A DNA stretch of 64,000 bases, taken from contig JAFZYC010000050.1 of NCBI GenBank assembly GCA_017616435.1, forward strand, positions 10,514 to 74,513, written 5' to 3'. Shown piece by piece: positions 9,672 to 19,110 of the stretch. A model generated the notes under the pieces. That model saw only the letters and a program-made list of their open reading frames with translations. It ran no database searches and was not told where the DNA came from. The position numbers were made by a program, and so were the translations under genes. Position 1 is the stretch's first letter. Every line of letters begins with the position of its first letter. The DNA is from Clostridia bacterium (lineage in GTDB: Bacteria > Bacillota > Clostridia > Christensenellales > CAG-138).

Positions 9672-11444
9672 TCAGACGGTCTCCTCCGTGAGTCTGCGCA
9701 TCTGGGCGTTGAGCTCCGATGCGATCTCCGCGGCAAGCTGTTTATGCTCGTTCTCCGGACAGTATTTGTACCTGCCCATGCGCTCCCTTACGGGCAGCGC
9801 GGAGATGCGGTTGAAGTCCGCGCCGTTTTCAAGAGCGGCTTCTCCCCTGTCGTAGAAGTCGAGCAGGAGCTTTAGGAGCGCGTGCTGCTTGGAGGGGGAG
9901 GTATATGTATCGACCGAGTCGAACGCGTTCTGATGCAGGTAATCCTCGCGGATGGACCTTGCGGTCTCCAACTTCAGACGGTCGCGGGTCGAAAGCGCGT
10001 CGATGCCGACGAGGGAGACTATCTCCTGCAGCTCGGCTTCCTCCTGCAGCAGGCTCATTGCCCTTGTAACGCACTCGGTCCAATCCTCCGCGATGTTCGA
10101 ATCGAACCACGGGCCTATGCGGTCAAGATAGAGCGAATAGCTGGAGAGCCAGTCGATAGCGGGGAAATGCCTCGCGTAGGCGAGCTTTGCGGAAAGTCCC
10201 CAGAAGACCTTGACGATTCGCAGCGTCGCCTGGGATACGGGCTCCGAGATATCGCCGCCCGGCGGGGATACCGCGCCGATCGCGGATACCGCGCCCTCGC
10301 GCCGCTTGCTTCCGAGGGTGACCACCTGACCCGCTCTCTCGTAGAACTCGGCAAGGCGGCTCGAAAGATATGCGGGATAGCCCTCTTCACCGGGCATCTC
10401 CTCAAGACGGCCGCTCATCTCTCGAAGGGCCTCCGCCCATCTCGAGGTGGAGTCCGCCATTATCGCGACCTTATAACCCATGTCGCGGAAGTATTCCGCG
10501 ATCGTGATGCCTGTGTAGATGGAGGCCTCACGCGCGGCGACGGGCATATCGGAGGTATTGGCGATGAGCACGGTGCGCTTCATAAGCGAAAGCCCCGTCC
10601 TCGGATCGACGAGCTCCGGGAACTCGGTAAGAACGTCGGTCATCTCGTTGCCGCGCTCGCCGCAGCCGACGTAGACGATTATGTCCGCGTCCGCCCATTT
10701 TGCGAGCTGATGCTGGACCACCGTCTTGCCGCTGCCGAAGGGGCCGGGGACCGCGGCGACGCCGCCCTTCGCGATGGGGAAGAACGTGTCGATGACGCGC
10801 TGACCGGTGACCATGGGCTCGTTGGGAGGGAGCTTTTCCTTATACGGCCTGCCCCTGCGGACGGGCCATTTCTGCATCATGGTAAGCTCCGTCTCGCCCT
10901 TTTCGTTCTCGAGCCTCGCGATCGGCTCCGTGACGGTGAGCTCCGCCTTTTCGGAGAGCCAAACGAGCCTGCCCGAAACATTGGGCGGGACCATTATGAT
11001 ATGCCTGACGGCGCCGGATTCCTGAACGAAGCCGAGCGCGTCGCCTCCCGTGAGATCTTCGCCGACGGAGGCCGTCGGGTTGAACTCCCATTTCTTCTCC
11101 CTGTCGAGAGCGGGAGCGGCGATGCCCCTTGTGATCCTGGAGCCGGCGGATTCAAAGAGCGCCGTAAGCGGCCTCTGTATGCCGTCGTATATTGACTCTA
11201 TGAGTCCCGGGCCGAGCTCGACCGAAAGAGGCGCCCCCGTGGGATAGACGGGCTCGCCCGGGCCGATGCCGCCGGTCTCCTCATAGACCTGCACAGAGGC
11301 CCTTTCGCCCCTGAGCTCGATCACCTCGCCTATGAGCTGTTTATCGGATACGTGGACGACGTCGAACATCTGGACGTCGCCCATACCGTCCGCCGTGATG
11401 AGCGGACCGGCGACCTTTACTATGGTGCCGTGCTTCTGGGTCAT
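9672..11444 (-). CDS. atpA: V/A-type ATP synthase catalytic subunit A
   Basis: ATG at 11444 ([16 protein letters not shown]) with GGAGG RBS. Walker [10 protein letters not shown]. 590 aa, so no intein. Track ORF 9672-11594 is over-extended into the intergenic repeat region. Confidence 0.95.
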   Translation of the reverse strand: MTQKHGTIVKVAGPLITADGMGDVQMFDVVHVSDKQLIGEVIELRGERASVQVYEETGGIGPGEPVYPTGAPLSVELGPGLIESIYDGIQRPLTALFESAGSRITRGIAAPALDREKKWEFNPTASVGEDLTGGDALGFVQESGAVRHIIMVPPNVSGRLVWLSEKAELTVTEPIARLENEKGETELTMMQKWPVRRGRPYKEKLPPNEPMVTGQRVIDTFFPIAKGGVAAVPGPFGSGKTVVQHQLAKWADADIIVYVGCGERGNEMTDVLTEFPELVDPRTGLSLMKRTVLIANTSDMPVAAREASIYTGITIAEYFRDMGYKVAIMADSTSRWAEALREMSGRLEEMPGEEGYPAYLSSRLAEFYERAGQVVTLGSKRREGAVSAIGAVSPPGGDISEPVSQATLRIVKVFWGLSAKLAYARHFPAIDWLSSYSLYLDRIGPWFDSNIAEDWTECVTRAMSLLQEEAELQEIVSLVGIDALSTRDRLKLETARSIREDYLHQNAFDSVDTYTSPSKQHALLKLLLDFYDRGEAALENGADFNRISALPVRERMGRYKYCPENEHKQLAAEIASELNAQMRRLTEETV

Positions 11445-11484
11445 GGATCTCAAACCTCCGTAAGAAGTGTTGGAAATGCTGTTG

Positions 11485-11516
11485 AAAACTCGCTTTTCTG
11501 AGCCCTTCAGGCTCAG
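11485..11516. repeat. 32-nt direct repeat copy 1 (contains hairpin CTGAGCC-N-GGCTCAG)
   Basis: aaaactcgcttttctgagcccttcaggctcag; 31/32 identical to 11598-11629. Confidence 0.9.
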
Positions 11517-11597
11517 GCAGCTAATGTGTCTCAGCGCGATGTTTTGCGGTTTTCTCCGCCGCCCGCGGGGAAAATTGCGGCCGTCCCGCCGCAAAGC

Positions 11598-11629
11598 AAA
11601 ACTCGCTTTTCTGAGCCTTTCAGGCTCAG
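11598..11629. repeat. 32-nt direct repeat copy 2 (overlaps atpF stop codon)
   Basis: aaaactcgcttttctgagcctttcaggctcag; 31/32 identical to 11485-11516. Confidence 0.9.
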
Positions 11630-11937
11630 AAAAGGATATCCGCGCCGATCGCCTTCTCCACGTTCGCTTTGACGTTCCTCATTGCGACGCCCGAGGTGCC
11701 CTTGCTGTCGGGCACGGGGATTATCGCGGGGAAGGGCCTCGATTTGTATTTGTTCACCGTTTCCGAAGCCGCTTCGAATACCGGCTCGGTAACGAATATT
11801 ATCCTTGTGTTCTCCTTGGCGAGGCGGTCAATGAGCATGCCCGCCGCGGCGCCGTCGGTCTCAAAGTAGACGTCGAGCCCCGCCGCCCGTCCTATGAGGA
11901 CGGAATCCTTATCGCCTATCATCGCAATATCAGCCAT
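11626..11937 (-). CDS. atpF: V/A-type ATP synthase subunit F
   Basis: [24 protein letters not shown] is a typical subunit F N-terminus. The start overlaps the subunit C stop by 8 nt. The stop codon lies inside repeat copy 11598-11629. Confidence 0.8.
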   Translation of the reverse strand: MADIAMIGDKDSVLIGRAAGLDVYFETDGAAAGMLIDRLAKENTRIIFVTEPVFEAASETVNKYKSRPFPAIIPVPDSKGTSGVAMRNVKANVEKAIGADILF

Positions 11938-12916
11938 AGAGTTTGAGGCTCCTTTCATCGACGGCGCTCATGGGGATACCGCTGCGCTTCGCGGTGAGTA
12001 TCAGCCTTACGACCTCCGCCTCACGCTCGCGGGCGAGCATGTAGCCGACTATCGGCGCGACGCTCGAGATGTCGCTCCTGTTGCGCGATGCGAGCGAGAT
12101 GAGGTATTCGTCCCTCGCTTTTTCCACCGCCGCGGGGCTGCCCGTTCTGAGATACTCCGCAAAGCCCGCCTTCACAGCCTCCTTGATATCGCTCGTTTCG
12201 AGCGGGCTCTTTATCGCGGCGAGCGCGCGCTCGGGAGAATCCGCGATGAGACCGCGAATGTTTTCCAGCTCCGCCTCCGTGTACTCCCCGCCGGGGAGAA
12301 ACCGCTCCTTTGGCATGTTTCGGATGACGGCGATGACGTTCGTGAAATCGGCGAGCGCGGAGAAGTACTCCTTAATGAACGCGTTCCTGAGGCTCAGCGC
12401 GTATTCCGAATACGCGGCGTCGATATTGCAGGATATCTGCTGCGGATCCACGCTGCGGTAGGTGATGACGTCGAGCTCCTCCAGAGCGTCGGATATCCTT
12501 TTGGGGAGCATGGAGTAATCGCCCTTTTTAACGGCGGCGCGCAGCTCCTCCGCGGGGTATATGCCGCCGATATCCGGCTTTACTGAATCGAGCGGCTCGC
12601 CTATCACGCGCAGCTTGTAAAAGAGCTTTATGTTAGTGATATCGTGGCGCATGCGGAAAACGTCGGTGACAAAGGCGTTCCTTTCGGGCATGAGCTCCGC
12701 CATGAGAGCGTATGTCTCGCTGAGCTGAGCGGCGATCAGCGCCTCCGTCTCGTCCCCTTCCTCCGCGGCGCCTGCGCCGTAGCCGGATTCGCGCAGGATC
12801 CTCAAGCTCTCCTCATACGAGGCGGCCTGAGCCATCCTGGCGACGGTCTCCTTCGTCAGCAGCCTTTTCTCTATAACGCGAAGTCTTGCTATGCTGTTTA
12901 TAAGGCTTTCGGCCAT
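11930..12916 (-). CDS. atpC: V/A-type ATP synthase subunit C (d-type)
   Basis: 328-aa all-helical protein in the expected operon position between E and F. Confidence 0.85.
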   Translation of the reverse strand: MAESLINSIARLRVIEKRLLTKETVARMAQAASYEESLRILRESGYGAGAAEEGDETEALIAAQLSETYALMAELMPERNAFVTDVFRMRHDITNIKLFYKLRVIGEPLDSVKPDIGGIYPAEELRAAVKKGDYSMLPKRISDALEELDVITYRSVDPQQISCNIDAAYSEYALSLRNAFIKEYFSALADFTNVIAVIRNMPKERFLPGGEYTEAELENIRGLIADSPERALAAIKSPLETSDIKEAVKAGFAEYLRTGSPAAVEKARDEYLISLASRNRSDISSVAPIVGYMLAREREAEVVRLILTAKRSGIPMSAVDERSLKLYG

Positions 12917-12943
12917 TTTATCGGTTCCTTTTGGGATGATCTG

Positions 12944-13522
12944 TCAGTTGAAGAGTGTCTTCACGACGTCCGCCTGCGTGGCGGCGCGCACCTCTTCCAT
13001 AAGCGCCTCGAACGAGCAGTTCTTGACGTAGTTCGCGCCCCTTATGACAAAGCCGTCGGTGAGATCCTTTTCGTTCTCTCCCAGCTTGAGCCCGAGGCCT
13101 TCCATAGCGGGGATGAGCTTTTCGAGATATTCCCTGTCCTTTTCGGAGGGTAACAGCGTTTCGCCGCCCTCGCACTCGCGCCCGATGAGCTTTTTCAAAA
13201 GCGCCTCGCGCTTTTCGCCGGTGAGAGCGCATACGCCCTCGTAGGCGGCGCGGTACGCCTCGTCAATGAGGCCGCGCTTCTTTTTAAGCAGCTCCTTGCG
13301 CGCCGAAAGCTCCGCGTTGGTCCTTGCCCTTGCGAGGGTCTCCTCACGCGCGGATCTCGCCTTCTCGTCGAACTCCTCTTTCAGGCGCTCGCGGTCGGCC
13401 TCCAGCTTTTTGCGTATGGCGTCGACCGCCTCCGTGGCATGCCACTCGACGGCGGAAGCCTGCGCATGCGCTTCCTCCAATATGCTGGTTATGAGCTTGT
13501 CAGCTCCGTTGCCTGTTTCCAT
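12944..13522 (-). CDS. atpE: V/A-type ATP synthase subunit E
   Basis: 192 aa. Charged coiled-coil N-half with a globular C-half, in the expected operon position. Confidence 0.8.
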   Translation of the reverse strand: METGNGADKLITSILEEAHAQASAVEWHATEAVDAIRKKLEADRERLKEEFDEKARSAREETLARARTNAELSARKELLKKKRGLIDEAYRAAYEGVCALTGEKREALLKKLIGRECEGGETLLPSEKDREYLEKLIPAMEGLGLKLGENEKDLTDGFVIRGANYVKNCSFEALMEEVRAATQADVVKTLFN

Positions 13523-13538
13523 AGTACGGGACCCGGGA

Positions 13539-14144
13539 TCAAGCGTTTACGGGAACGCCGACGACCATCAGTATCGAAACGATGAGCGCGAGTATCGCGT
13601 AGAGCTCGACCATGATGGCGAACGTGATGCCCATGCCGCCGTTGCCCTGCTTGGCGACGATGCCGATGCCCGCGCAGCAGACGCGGGACTGGAAGTACGC
13701 GCTGACGAGGCCGACGACGCCGATGGGCAGCGAGGAGTAGAAGAAGCTCCTGCCGAGCTCGGTCGAAAGGTTCATGACCGTGCCGGAAAGTATGCCGCTG
13801 AATACCGCGATGAACATCGCGATAACGAAGCCGTAAAGGCCCTGGGTCGCGGGAAGCAGCTCGAACACGAGGCACTGGCCGCCCTTTTCGGGATCCTCCG
13901 CGGCAACGCCCGCCGCCGCGCGGCCCGCCATGCCTACGCCGAGAGCGGAGCCAACGCCGGGCAGTATCATTGCGACGCAGACGCCTATCGCCGCCCAGAT
14001 ATAGCCCTTGGGGGTGTTGTCGACCATTTCGGGCATCTGAGGCATGCCGCCCGTGGGCATACCCTCCGCAAGGACCGCTCCGCAGACGCAGAGGGTCAGA
14101 AGGACGATGACGGCGATGCATGCGAATTTCAGGTACTTTTTCAT
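13539..14144 (-). CDS. atpK: V/A-type ATP synthase proteolipid subunit K with N-terminal hydrophobic extension
   Basis: Two proteolipid hairpins (GVGSALGVGMAGRAAAG...FELLPATQGLYG; ...AGIGIVAKQGNGG...MVELYAILALIV). AAAGGAG RBS lies 7 nt before the ATG at 14144. Confidence 0.85.
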   Translation of the reverse strand: MKKYLKFACIAVIVLLTLCVCGAVLAEGMPTGGMPQMPEMVDNTPKGYIWAAIGVCVAMILPGVGSALGVGMAGRAAAGVAAEDPEKGGQCLVFELLPATQGLYGFVIAMFIAVFSGILSGTVMNLSTELGRSFFYSSLPIGVVGLVSAYFQSRVCCAGIGIVAKQGNGGMGITFAIMVELYAILALIVSILMVVGVPVNA

Positions 14145-14168
14145 GGTTTACTCCTTTTGTTCAAAAGA

Positions 14169-16124
14169 TTATTTGACCTTATTGTATTTGGTATCTATAC
14201 CGAACGGCGAGAACAGCTTGCCGCCCGGGGTGTAGAAACGGTTATAGTATTCGATGAACTGCAGCCTTGCGCAGTGGATGAACGCGCCCAATGCGTTTAT
14301 CGCCACGCAGAACACGTGCAGCACTATGAGCAGAGCGGCCGCTATTATGAAGCTTACTACGCCGCCGACAACGGGTATGCCCTTCAGCATATCGCGCGCG
14401 ATCCCCGCGACGAGGTTGAAGGCGGAGCCCATCGCGCCGGTAGCGAGGCCGAGCGCGAACACACGCGAATAGCTCAATACATCAGAGAGGAAGCCCGTTA
14501 TGTCGTAGAGCTTGCCGAGGCCCCCTATCACGCGGCCGAAGCCCTTTTTCGCCCTGCCGCCGAAGCCGACGAGCAGCACGAGGCCTATCCCTATGAGCGC
14601 CCAGCCGGCGTATTTGACCGGGCTCTTGACAAGGAGCAGCACCGCCGCTCCGGCGAATATCATGAGCCACGAGCCTATATCGAAGAGCGCCGTCTGCCAA
14701 TCGCCCCTCTTCAGGTGGAGCACGATGGAAACTATCATGCCGGCGATTATCTGACCGAAGCCCAGACCGCAGTAGAACAGTATGGCTGTCATCTGATCCT
14801 TCATGGGATCGAGCAGCGGGAACGGGAAGCTCTCGCCGAAGATATCATACCAGTTCATGCCGAAGCAAGTTCCCGCGAGCAGGCCGAATACCATTGTGGA
14901 AAGCCCGCCCCAGAAGAGTATCCTCGCGACCTGACCCGCGCCCTTTTCGGGCTTCTTGAGCTTAATGAACAGCGCGGCCGCGATGCTCATAATGAGGCCG
15001 TAGCCGGTATCGCCCATCATAAGCCCGAAGAACAGCAGATAGAAGGGCGTCATCACGACTGTGGGATCGAAGCCCCTGGGATCCGGCGCGGAGTACATAT
15101 TCGTTATGAACTCGAACGGGGCGAAGAACTTCTTGTTTTTGCAGAACGTCGGCGGCTTCTCATCGTCCGCTGGATCGCGCATCTCGAGGCAGTAGACCTT
15201 CGTCTCCTCCTCTATGAGCTTATCCAGCTTATCCGCCTCGTCGGAGCGGACCCAGCCCGTGAGCATGAATGTCTCCCTCGTTGCGAAGAGCCCGCATCGG
15301 GCTTCCGACCTGCCCTGCTCGATAAGCGCGCCGTCGAGGCCCATCTTGAGATCCGCGGCCTTTTCGCCCAGAGCGGCGAGCCTTTCCGAAAGCTCGGCGT
15401 TTTCAAGCTCTATCGCCGTTATGTCGGCGTTAAGCTTTTCGATTATGTCGGCGGGAAGGCCTTCGTACGAGGGCACGGGGACCTCCGTAAAGCCGGCCGC
15501 GCGAAGCAGCGAAGTGGTCTCCTCCGGCTCATCCTTGGGAACGGCGGCGAGCACGGGGATCTTTCCCTCCGTGCCGAACGCGTCGAACATTACCCCCGCC
15601 TCCGAAAGGACGCGGAGCTTTTCCGCCTTCATGGTGCCGAGGGTGAAGTTGGCGGTCTTGGTCGGTTTTATGCTCTCGAGGGGGATATTGACGGCGGAGA
15701 TGGGTGAAAGGCTCTTTATCGCGGCGAGCTTCTTCTCCCTTTCCGCCTTGTTGGAATTGATCTCGCGCTGGAGGGAATCGAGTTCGTCGCAGACCTCGAG
15801 CGCCGCGGGAACGGAAGAAATGAGTTCCTCTTCGCCGCGCTCGGGAGCGGGCTCCAGCATGCCCGCTTTGGGCATATATGAGTTAAGACGGCCTATTGCC
15901 GCCTTTATGCGCAGTACGGTATTCTGCTTTTCGGAAAGCTCCGCCTCGCTGGCGGCCTTAAAAAGGCCCGCCGCCTTTTCGGTCGCGTCGATCTCCGCGG
16001 ATCCGGCATCGGCCTCATCCGCACGCTCTATCTGTATGACTCCGTTCTTTTGAAGCGTCTTCATTATGCGCCGCTCGTCCGCTTTGAGGGCGAACAGCGA
16101 TATGTGCTTCATAGGTACGATCAT
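14169..16124 (-). CDS. atpI: V/A-type ATP synthase subunit I (a-type)
   Basis: 651 aa with a soluble coiled N-half and a polytopic C-half, in the expected operon position. Confidence 0.9.
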   Translation of the reverse strand: MIVPMKHISLFALKADERRIMKTLQKNGVIQIERADEADAGSAEIDATEKAAGLFKAASEAELSEKQNTVLRIKAAIGRLNSYMPKAGMLEPAPERGEEELISSVPAALEVCDELDSLQREINSNKAEREKKLAAIKSLSPISAVNIPLESIKPTKTANFTLGTMKAEKLRVLSEAGVMFDAFGTEGKIPVLAAVPKDEPEETTSLLRAAGFTEVPVPSYEGLPADIIEKLNADITAIELENAELSERLAALGEKAADLKMGLDGALIEQGRSEARCGLFATRETFMLTGWVRSDEADKLDKLIEEETKVYCLEMRDPADDEKPPTFCKNKKFFAPFEFITNMYSAPDPRGFDPTVVMTPFYLLFFGLMMGDTGYGLIMSIAAALFIKLKKPEKGAGQVARILFWGGLSTMVFGLLAGTCFGMNWYDIFGESFPFPLLDPMKDQMTAILFYCGLGFGQIIAGMIVSIVLHLKRGDWQTALFDIGSWLMIFAGAAVLLLVKSPVKYAGWALIGIGLVLLVGFGGRAKKGFGRVIGGLGKLYDITGFLSDVLSYSRVFALGLATGAMGSAFNLVAGIARDMLKGIPVVGGVVSFIIAAALLIVLHVFCVAINALGAFIHCARLQFIEYYNRFYTPGGKLFSPFGIDTKYNKVK

Positions 16125-16139
16125 TGGTTCAGCTCCGGA

Positions 16140-16454
16140 TCAAAGATTGTTCAGGATGTGATCGAGTATTATGCCCGATGCGGCGGAAAGATTTGCCCTC
16201 GCCTCGTCAACGAGCTTATCCGCCTTAACGACCGCGGCGCCGAGAAGCCTTTCGGCCTCCTCCTCCGCTTCCTTTTCTGCCAGGGACGCGGCGTATGCGA
16301 GACCGGCCTTCGCCTCCTCGCGCGCGATCCTCAAAGAGGCCGCCGCATCGTCTTCCGCAGCGGCGGTCATCATCCTCGCCGTCTCCTGCGCGTTATGCTT
16401 CAGGGCTTCGGCGTCCGCTTCCGCAGCGGCTATGCGTTCGATAATAGTGGGCAT
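16140..16454 (-). CDS. V/A-type ATP synthase peripheral-stalk subunit (G/H-like)
   Basis: 104-aa Ala/Glu-rich helical protein starting at ATG 16454 (MPTIIERIAAAEADAEAL). It is the first gene of the operon, as in Enterococcus-type ntp operons. Confidence 0.55.
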   Translation of the reverse strand: MPTIIERIAAAEADAEALKHNAQETARMMTAAAEDDAAASLRIAREEAKAGLAYAASLAEKEAEEEAERLLGAAVVKADKLVDEARANLSAASGIILDHILNNL

Positions 16455-16538
16455 TTGAAAAGCTTTCCCTTCGTTTGTTCGCCGGAGGATCGCTCCTTCC
16501 GGGATGGCGTCAAAAATAAACATATCACGCTGTATATC

Positions 16539-16567
16539 ATTATAGCAGTAACGCCGCCCGATTGCAA
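16539..16567 (-). promoter_or_regulatory. candidate V-ATPase operon promoter
   Basis: Minus strand TTGCAA-N17-TATAAT, about 85 nt upstream of the first gene. Confidence 0.5.
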
Positions 16568-16622
16568 GTAAAATGGCTGTAAAATCGGTTTCTTATATTC
16601 CCCCTGAGCGGAGCGCGCGCCC

Positions 16623-16651
16623 TTGCGCCGCGGCGGCGGTTATAGTATAAT
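16623..16651 (+). promoter_or_regulatory. candidate promoter giving a leaderless DMT-transporter mRNA
   Basis: TTGCGC-N17-TATAAT. The ATG at 16659 starts 8 nt after the -10 box. Confidence 0.4.
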
Positions 16652-16658
16652 GCCGAGT

Positions 16659-17600
16659 ATGAACAAGAAGCTGAGATCAAGTCTTTTGGCGCTGATCGCC
16701 GCGCTTATTTGGGGAACCGCCTTCGTAGCGCAGGACGTCTGCTCCGACAGCATAGGCTCAATGACATTCAACGCGCTGAGGTTTTTCGTCGCGGTGGTTT
16801 TCCTGCTGGCGGTCGGCGCGATACTGCGCTTTGTCCGCGCGAAGAAGGCCGCGCGGCTCGGCGTCCCAAACGAAAAGACCGCCGAGGAGAAGCGCTCCTA
16901 CCGCAGGCGGCTCGTCATAGCTTCCGTGCTCTGCGGCTCCGTGCTCGCGGCGGCCTCCGTGCTGCAGCAGGCGGGGCTCCAGTTCGGGACGGATTCCGGC
17001 AAGGCGGGGTTTATAACCGCGCTCTACGTCGTGCTCGTTCCGATATGCGGGATATTCCTCAAAAAGCGCGTGCCCGGGATATTCTGGCTCGGCGTGGCGC
17101 TTGCCGTAGCGGGGCTTTATCTGCTCTGCGTAAGCGGCGACTTCAAGCTTGCCTTCGGCGATCTGCTTACGCTCCTCTGCGCTGTGGCGTTCACGGTGCA
17201 GATACTCCTAATCGACCGCTTCTCCCCGGGGCTTGAGGGCGTGGATCTGTGCTGCGGGCAGTTCATTGTCGCGGGGATACTCTCCGCCGCGGGGATGTTC
17301 CTGTTTGAAAAGCCCGAGATCGGCGCGATACTCTCCTGCGCGCTGCCGCTGCTCTATGTCGCGATATTCTCCAGCGGCGTGGCGTATCTATTGCAGATAC
17401 TCGCCCAGCGCGGGGGAAATCCCTCCGTTATAACGATAATATTCAGTCTGGAGGCGGTGTTCTCCGCGATAGCGAGCGCGATAATACTGCATCAGCGCAT
17501 GACCGCGCGCGAGTACATAGGCTGTGTGCTGCTGTTCGCCGCGGTGCTCATCGCCCAGATCCCCGGAAAAGAGGAGAAGGAGATCCCCTCCGAAGCATGA
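16659..17600 (+). CDS. DMT family transporter (EamA type)
   Basis: 10-TM duplicated EamA architecture (LIAALIWGTAFVAQD...). The start is uncertain: ATG 16659 lies 8 nt after a TATAAT box, suggesting a leaderless mRNA. ATG 16650 overlaps that box. Confidence 0.85.
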   Translation: MNKKLRSSLLALIAALIWGTAFVAQDVCSDSIGSMTFNALRFFVAVVFLLAVGAILRFVRAKKAARLGVPNEKTAEEKRSYRRRLVIASVLCGSVLAAASVLQQAGLQFGTDSGKAGFITALYVVLVPICGIFLKKRVPGIFWLGVALAVAGLYLLCVSGDFKLAFGDLLTLLCAVAFTVQILLIDRFSPGLEGVDLCCGQFIVAGILSAAGMFLFEKPEIGAILSCALPLLYVAIFSSGVAYLLQILAQRGGNPSVITIIFSLEAVFSAIASAIILHQRMTAREYIGCVLLFAAVLIAQIPGKEEKEIPSEA

Positions 17601-17610
17601 ATCACACATT

Positions 17611-17645
17611 AAAAAAGGTATGGGTTTTACCCATACCTTTTTATT
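17611..17645. terminator. bidirectional intrinsic terminator
   Basis: aaaaaaggtatggg-tttta-cccatacctttttatt. Confidence 0.8.
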
Positions 17646-17652
17646 ATTTCTT

Positions 17653-19110
17653 TTACGGCTCGACGCCGTCCGCGATAAGCTCGAGATCCGTTCCGTTCAC
17701 CGTGAAGCGCACGGTGTAGAGCACGTCCTCGCCCGATATTACGGGGTCGGTATAGACTATGAGCTGGCCGCTGCGCTTTTCGAAACGGACTGCGCCTCCC
17801 ATTATCTCCTGCGTTTTGCCGTCCTTCGCGAAGCAGAGCGTGCCGGAGCCCGTCTCCCCCTCCGCGCGGTCCTTTATGTACGCGCAGCCGCCGCCCATCG
17901 CCTCTATCCGGGAAACCCCGGTATCGAGCTTTTTGGGCTCGCCCGCGCGCTTGACCTCGAACAGAGAGCCCGCGAGGGAGATGTAATAGACCGTTTTGCA
18001 GTCGCCCTCCGCGGTGAAGGAGACTGCGTCCCCCGCGAGGGTCGTAGTTTTGCCGGAGAGATCCGTCATATAGATCTTGTCGTACTCCTGCCATATCACG
18101 CGCTTCGCGTCGGAGGATACCTTGTACCCCTCGTCGGCGCCGAGGACTATCCAGTCGACTTCTCCCTTTTCGTCGATGTACGCAATGCTGAAAAGGTAGT
18201 CGCCTGAATCCGCTCTGTCGCGCCTTGCCCAAAGGCCGTTCAGGAACGAGCCCGTGCCGTTGATATAGGTCGGGAGAGTCAGCTTGGACATGCTGTAAAC
18301 TTCGGTCTTTAGCGTGTAGCCGAAGCCCGTGCCGAGATCCGCCGTGAGCCCGTCGGAGAGCCTCCAAACGACGGTCTTCCTTCCTTCGGTAAAGTATGCG
18401 ACCTCCGAAAGATCGCGGGTGAAATTGTAGCTTGAGGCGGCGCCGCATTCCGTTGAAATGACGGTCTTTTCGCCGTTGTGCTGAACGCAGAGCGCCTGCT
18501 CCGCGCTGTCGAAATAATAGATCGTCGACGCGTCGTCCGAAACGGCGAGCACTATATCGCTGCCGTCGGTCAGTACGGGCGTGAGCTCGCCCTCGCGGAA
18601 CAGCATGGAGCGCATCGATGCGCCCTCGCCTTCGAACACGGCGGTGAATACGATGCTCTCGCTGTTCGGGGAGATCGCCGTCTGGACGATATCGTACACG
18701 CCTTCCGCTATCGCGAAGGAGGCGCGGCTCTCCGCCGAGAAGCGCATGAGCTTGTCCCCGAGCATAAAGAGCGCGATGCGCCCGTCGAAGGAGATCTCCG
18801 CGGCGTCGATGCCGGAGCCCAACATATCTATCCCCTGCTCCGAAACGAAGTACACTATGCTGTCCACCCACGCAAGGGCGGTATTGCCGTCCGCCGCGAT
18901 ATCGATATACGCCTTGCCGCGGACTTCGCCCTCTATCCTCTCCCCGTCCTTGACGAAGCAGGAGCTTCTTTCGTCCTTCATATAGACCCTTGCGATATTG
19001 GTCGAGAGCAGATCCCCCGTCTCCGTGCGCCTTCCGCAGGCGGTAAGCCCCGCAAGCAGCGCGAGCAGCAATATCGCGGCGATCGCCTTTTTCATTCCGA
19101 TCCCTTTCAT
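17653..19110 (-). CDS. lipoprotein, repeated beta-strand (propeller-like) hypothetical
   Basis: Lipobox LLAGLTAC. Recurring aromatic-rich strand motifs (IVYFVSE, IYYFDS, VYYISL, CAYIKD). Paralogous to the upstream gene. Its start overlaps that gene's stop (TAATG). Confidence 0.65.
   Translation of the reverse strand: MKGIGMKKAIAAILLLALLAGLTACGRRTETGDLLSTNIARVYMKDERSSCFVKDGERIEGEVRGKAYIDIAADGNTALAWVDSIVYFVSEQGIDMLGSGIDAAEISFDGRIALFMLGDKLMRFSAESRASFAIAEGVYDIVQTAISPNSESIVFTAVFEGEGASMRSMLFREGELTPVLTDGSDIVLAVSDDASTIYYFDSAEQALCVQHNGEKTVISTECGAASSYNFTRDLSEVAYFTEGRKTVVWRLSDGLTADLGTGFGYTLKTEVYSMSKLTLPTYINGTGSFLNGLWARRDRADSGDYLFSIAYIDEKGEVDWIVLGADEGYKVSSDAKRVIWQEYDKIYMTDLSGKTTTLAGDAVSFTAEGDCKTVYYISLAGSLFEVKRAGEPKKLDTGVSRIEAMGGGCAYIKDRAEGETGSGTLCFAKDGKTQEIMGGAVRFEKRSGQLIVYTDPVISGEDVLYTVRFTVNGTDLELIADGVEP

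Noticed and set aside
8151-11195. Plus-strand ORFs of 574 aa and 437 aa
   Set aside because: Both are antisense to the highly conserved V-ATPase B and A subunits, with spurious high-GC composition.
9672-11594. Long 5' extensions of track ORFs (atpA to 11594; DUF1385 to 27159; galK to 5146; CapA to 38524; recF to 58000)
   Set aside because: Internal starts with good RBSs reproduce the normal family N-termini. The extensions run through intergenic repeats or promoters.
11485-11629. Direct repeats (here and at 28493-28829) as a possible CRISPR array
   Set aside because: There are only two copies each, with spacer lengths of 81 and 285 nt, no cas genes, and repeats tied to gene-end and promoter sequences.
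13266-15707. 813-aa plus-strand ORF
   Set aside because: It is antisense to V-ATPase subunits K and I, which carry clear family motifs. Its composition is dominated by R/A/H/E and no motif is recognisable.
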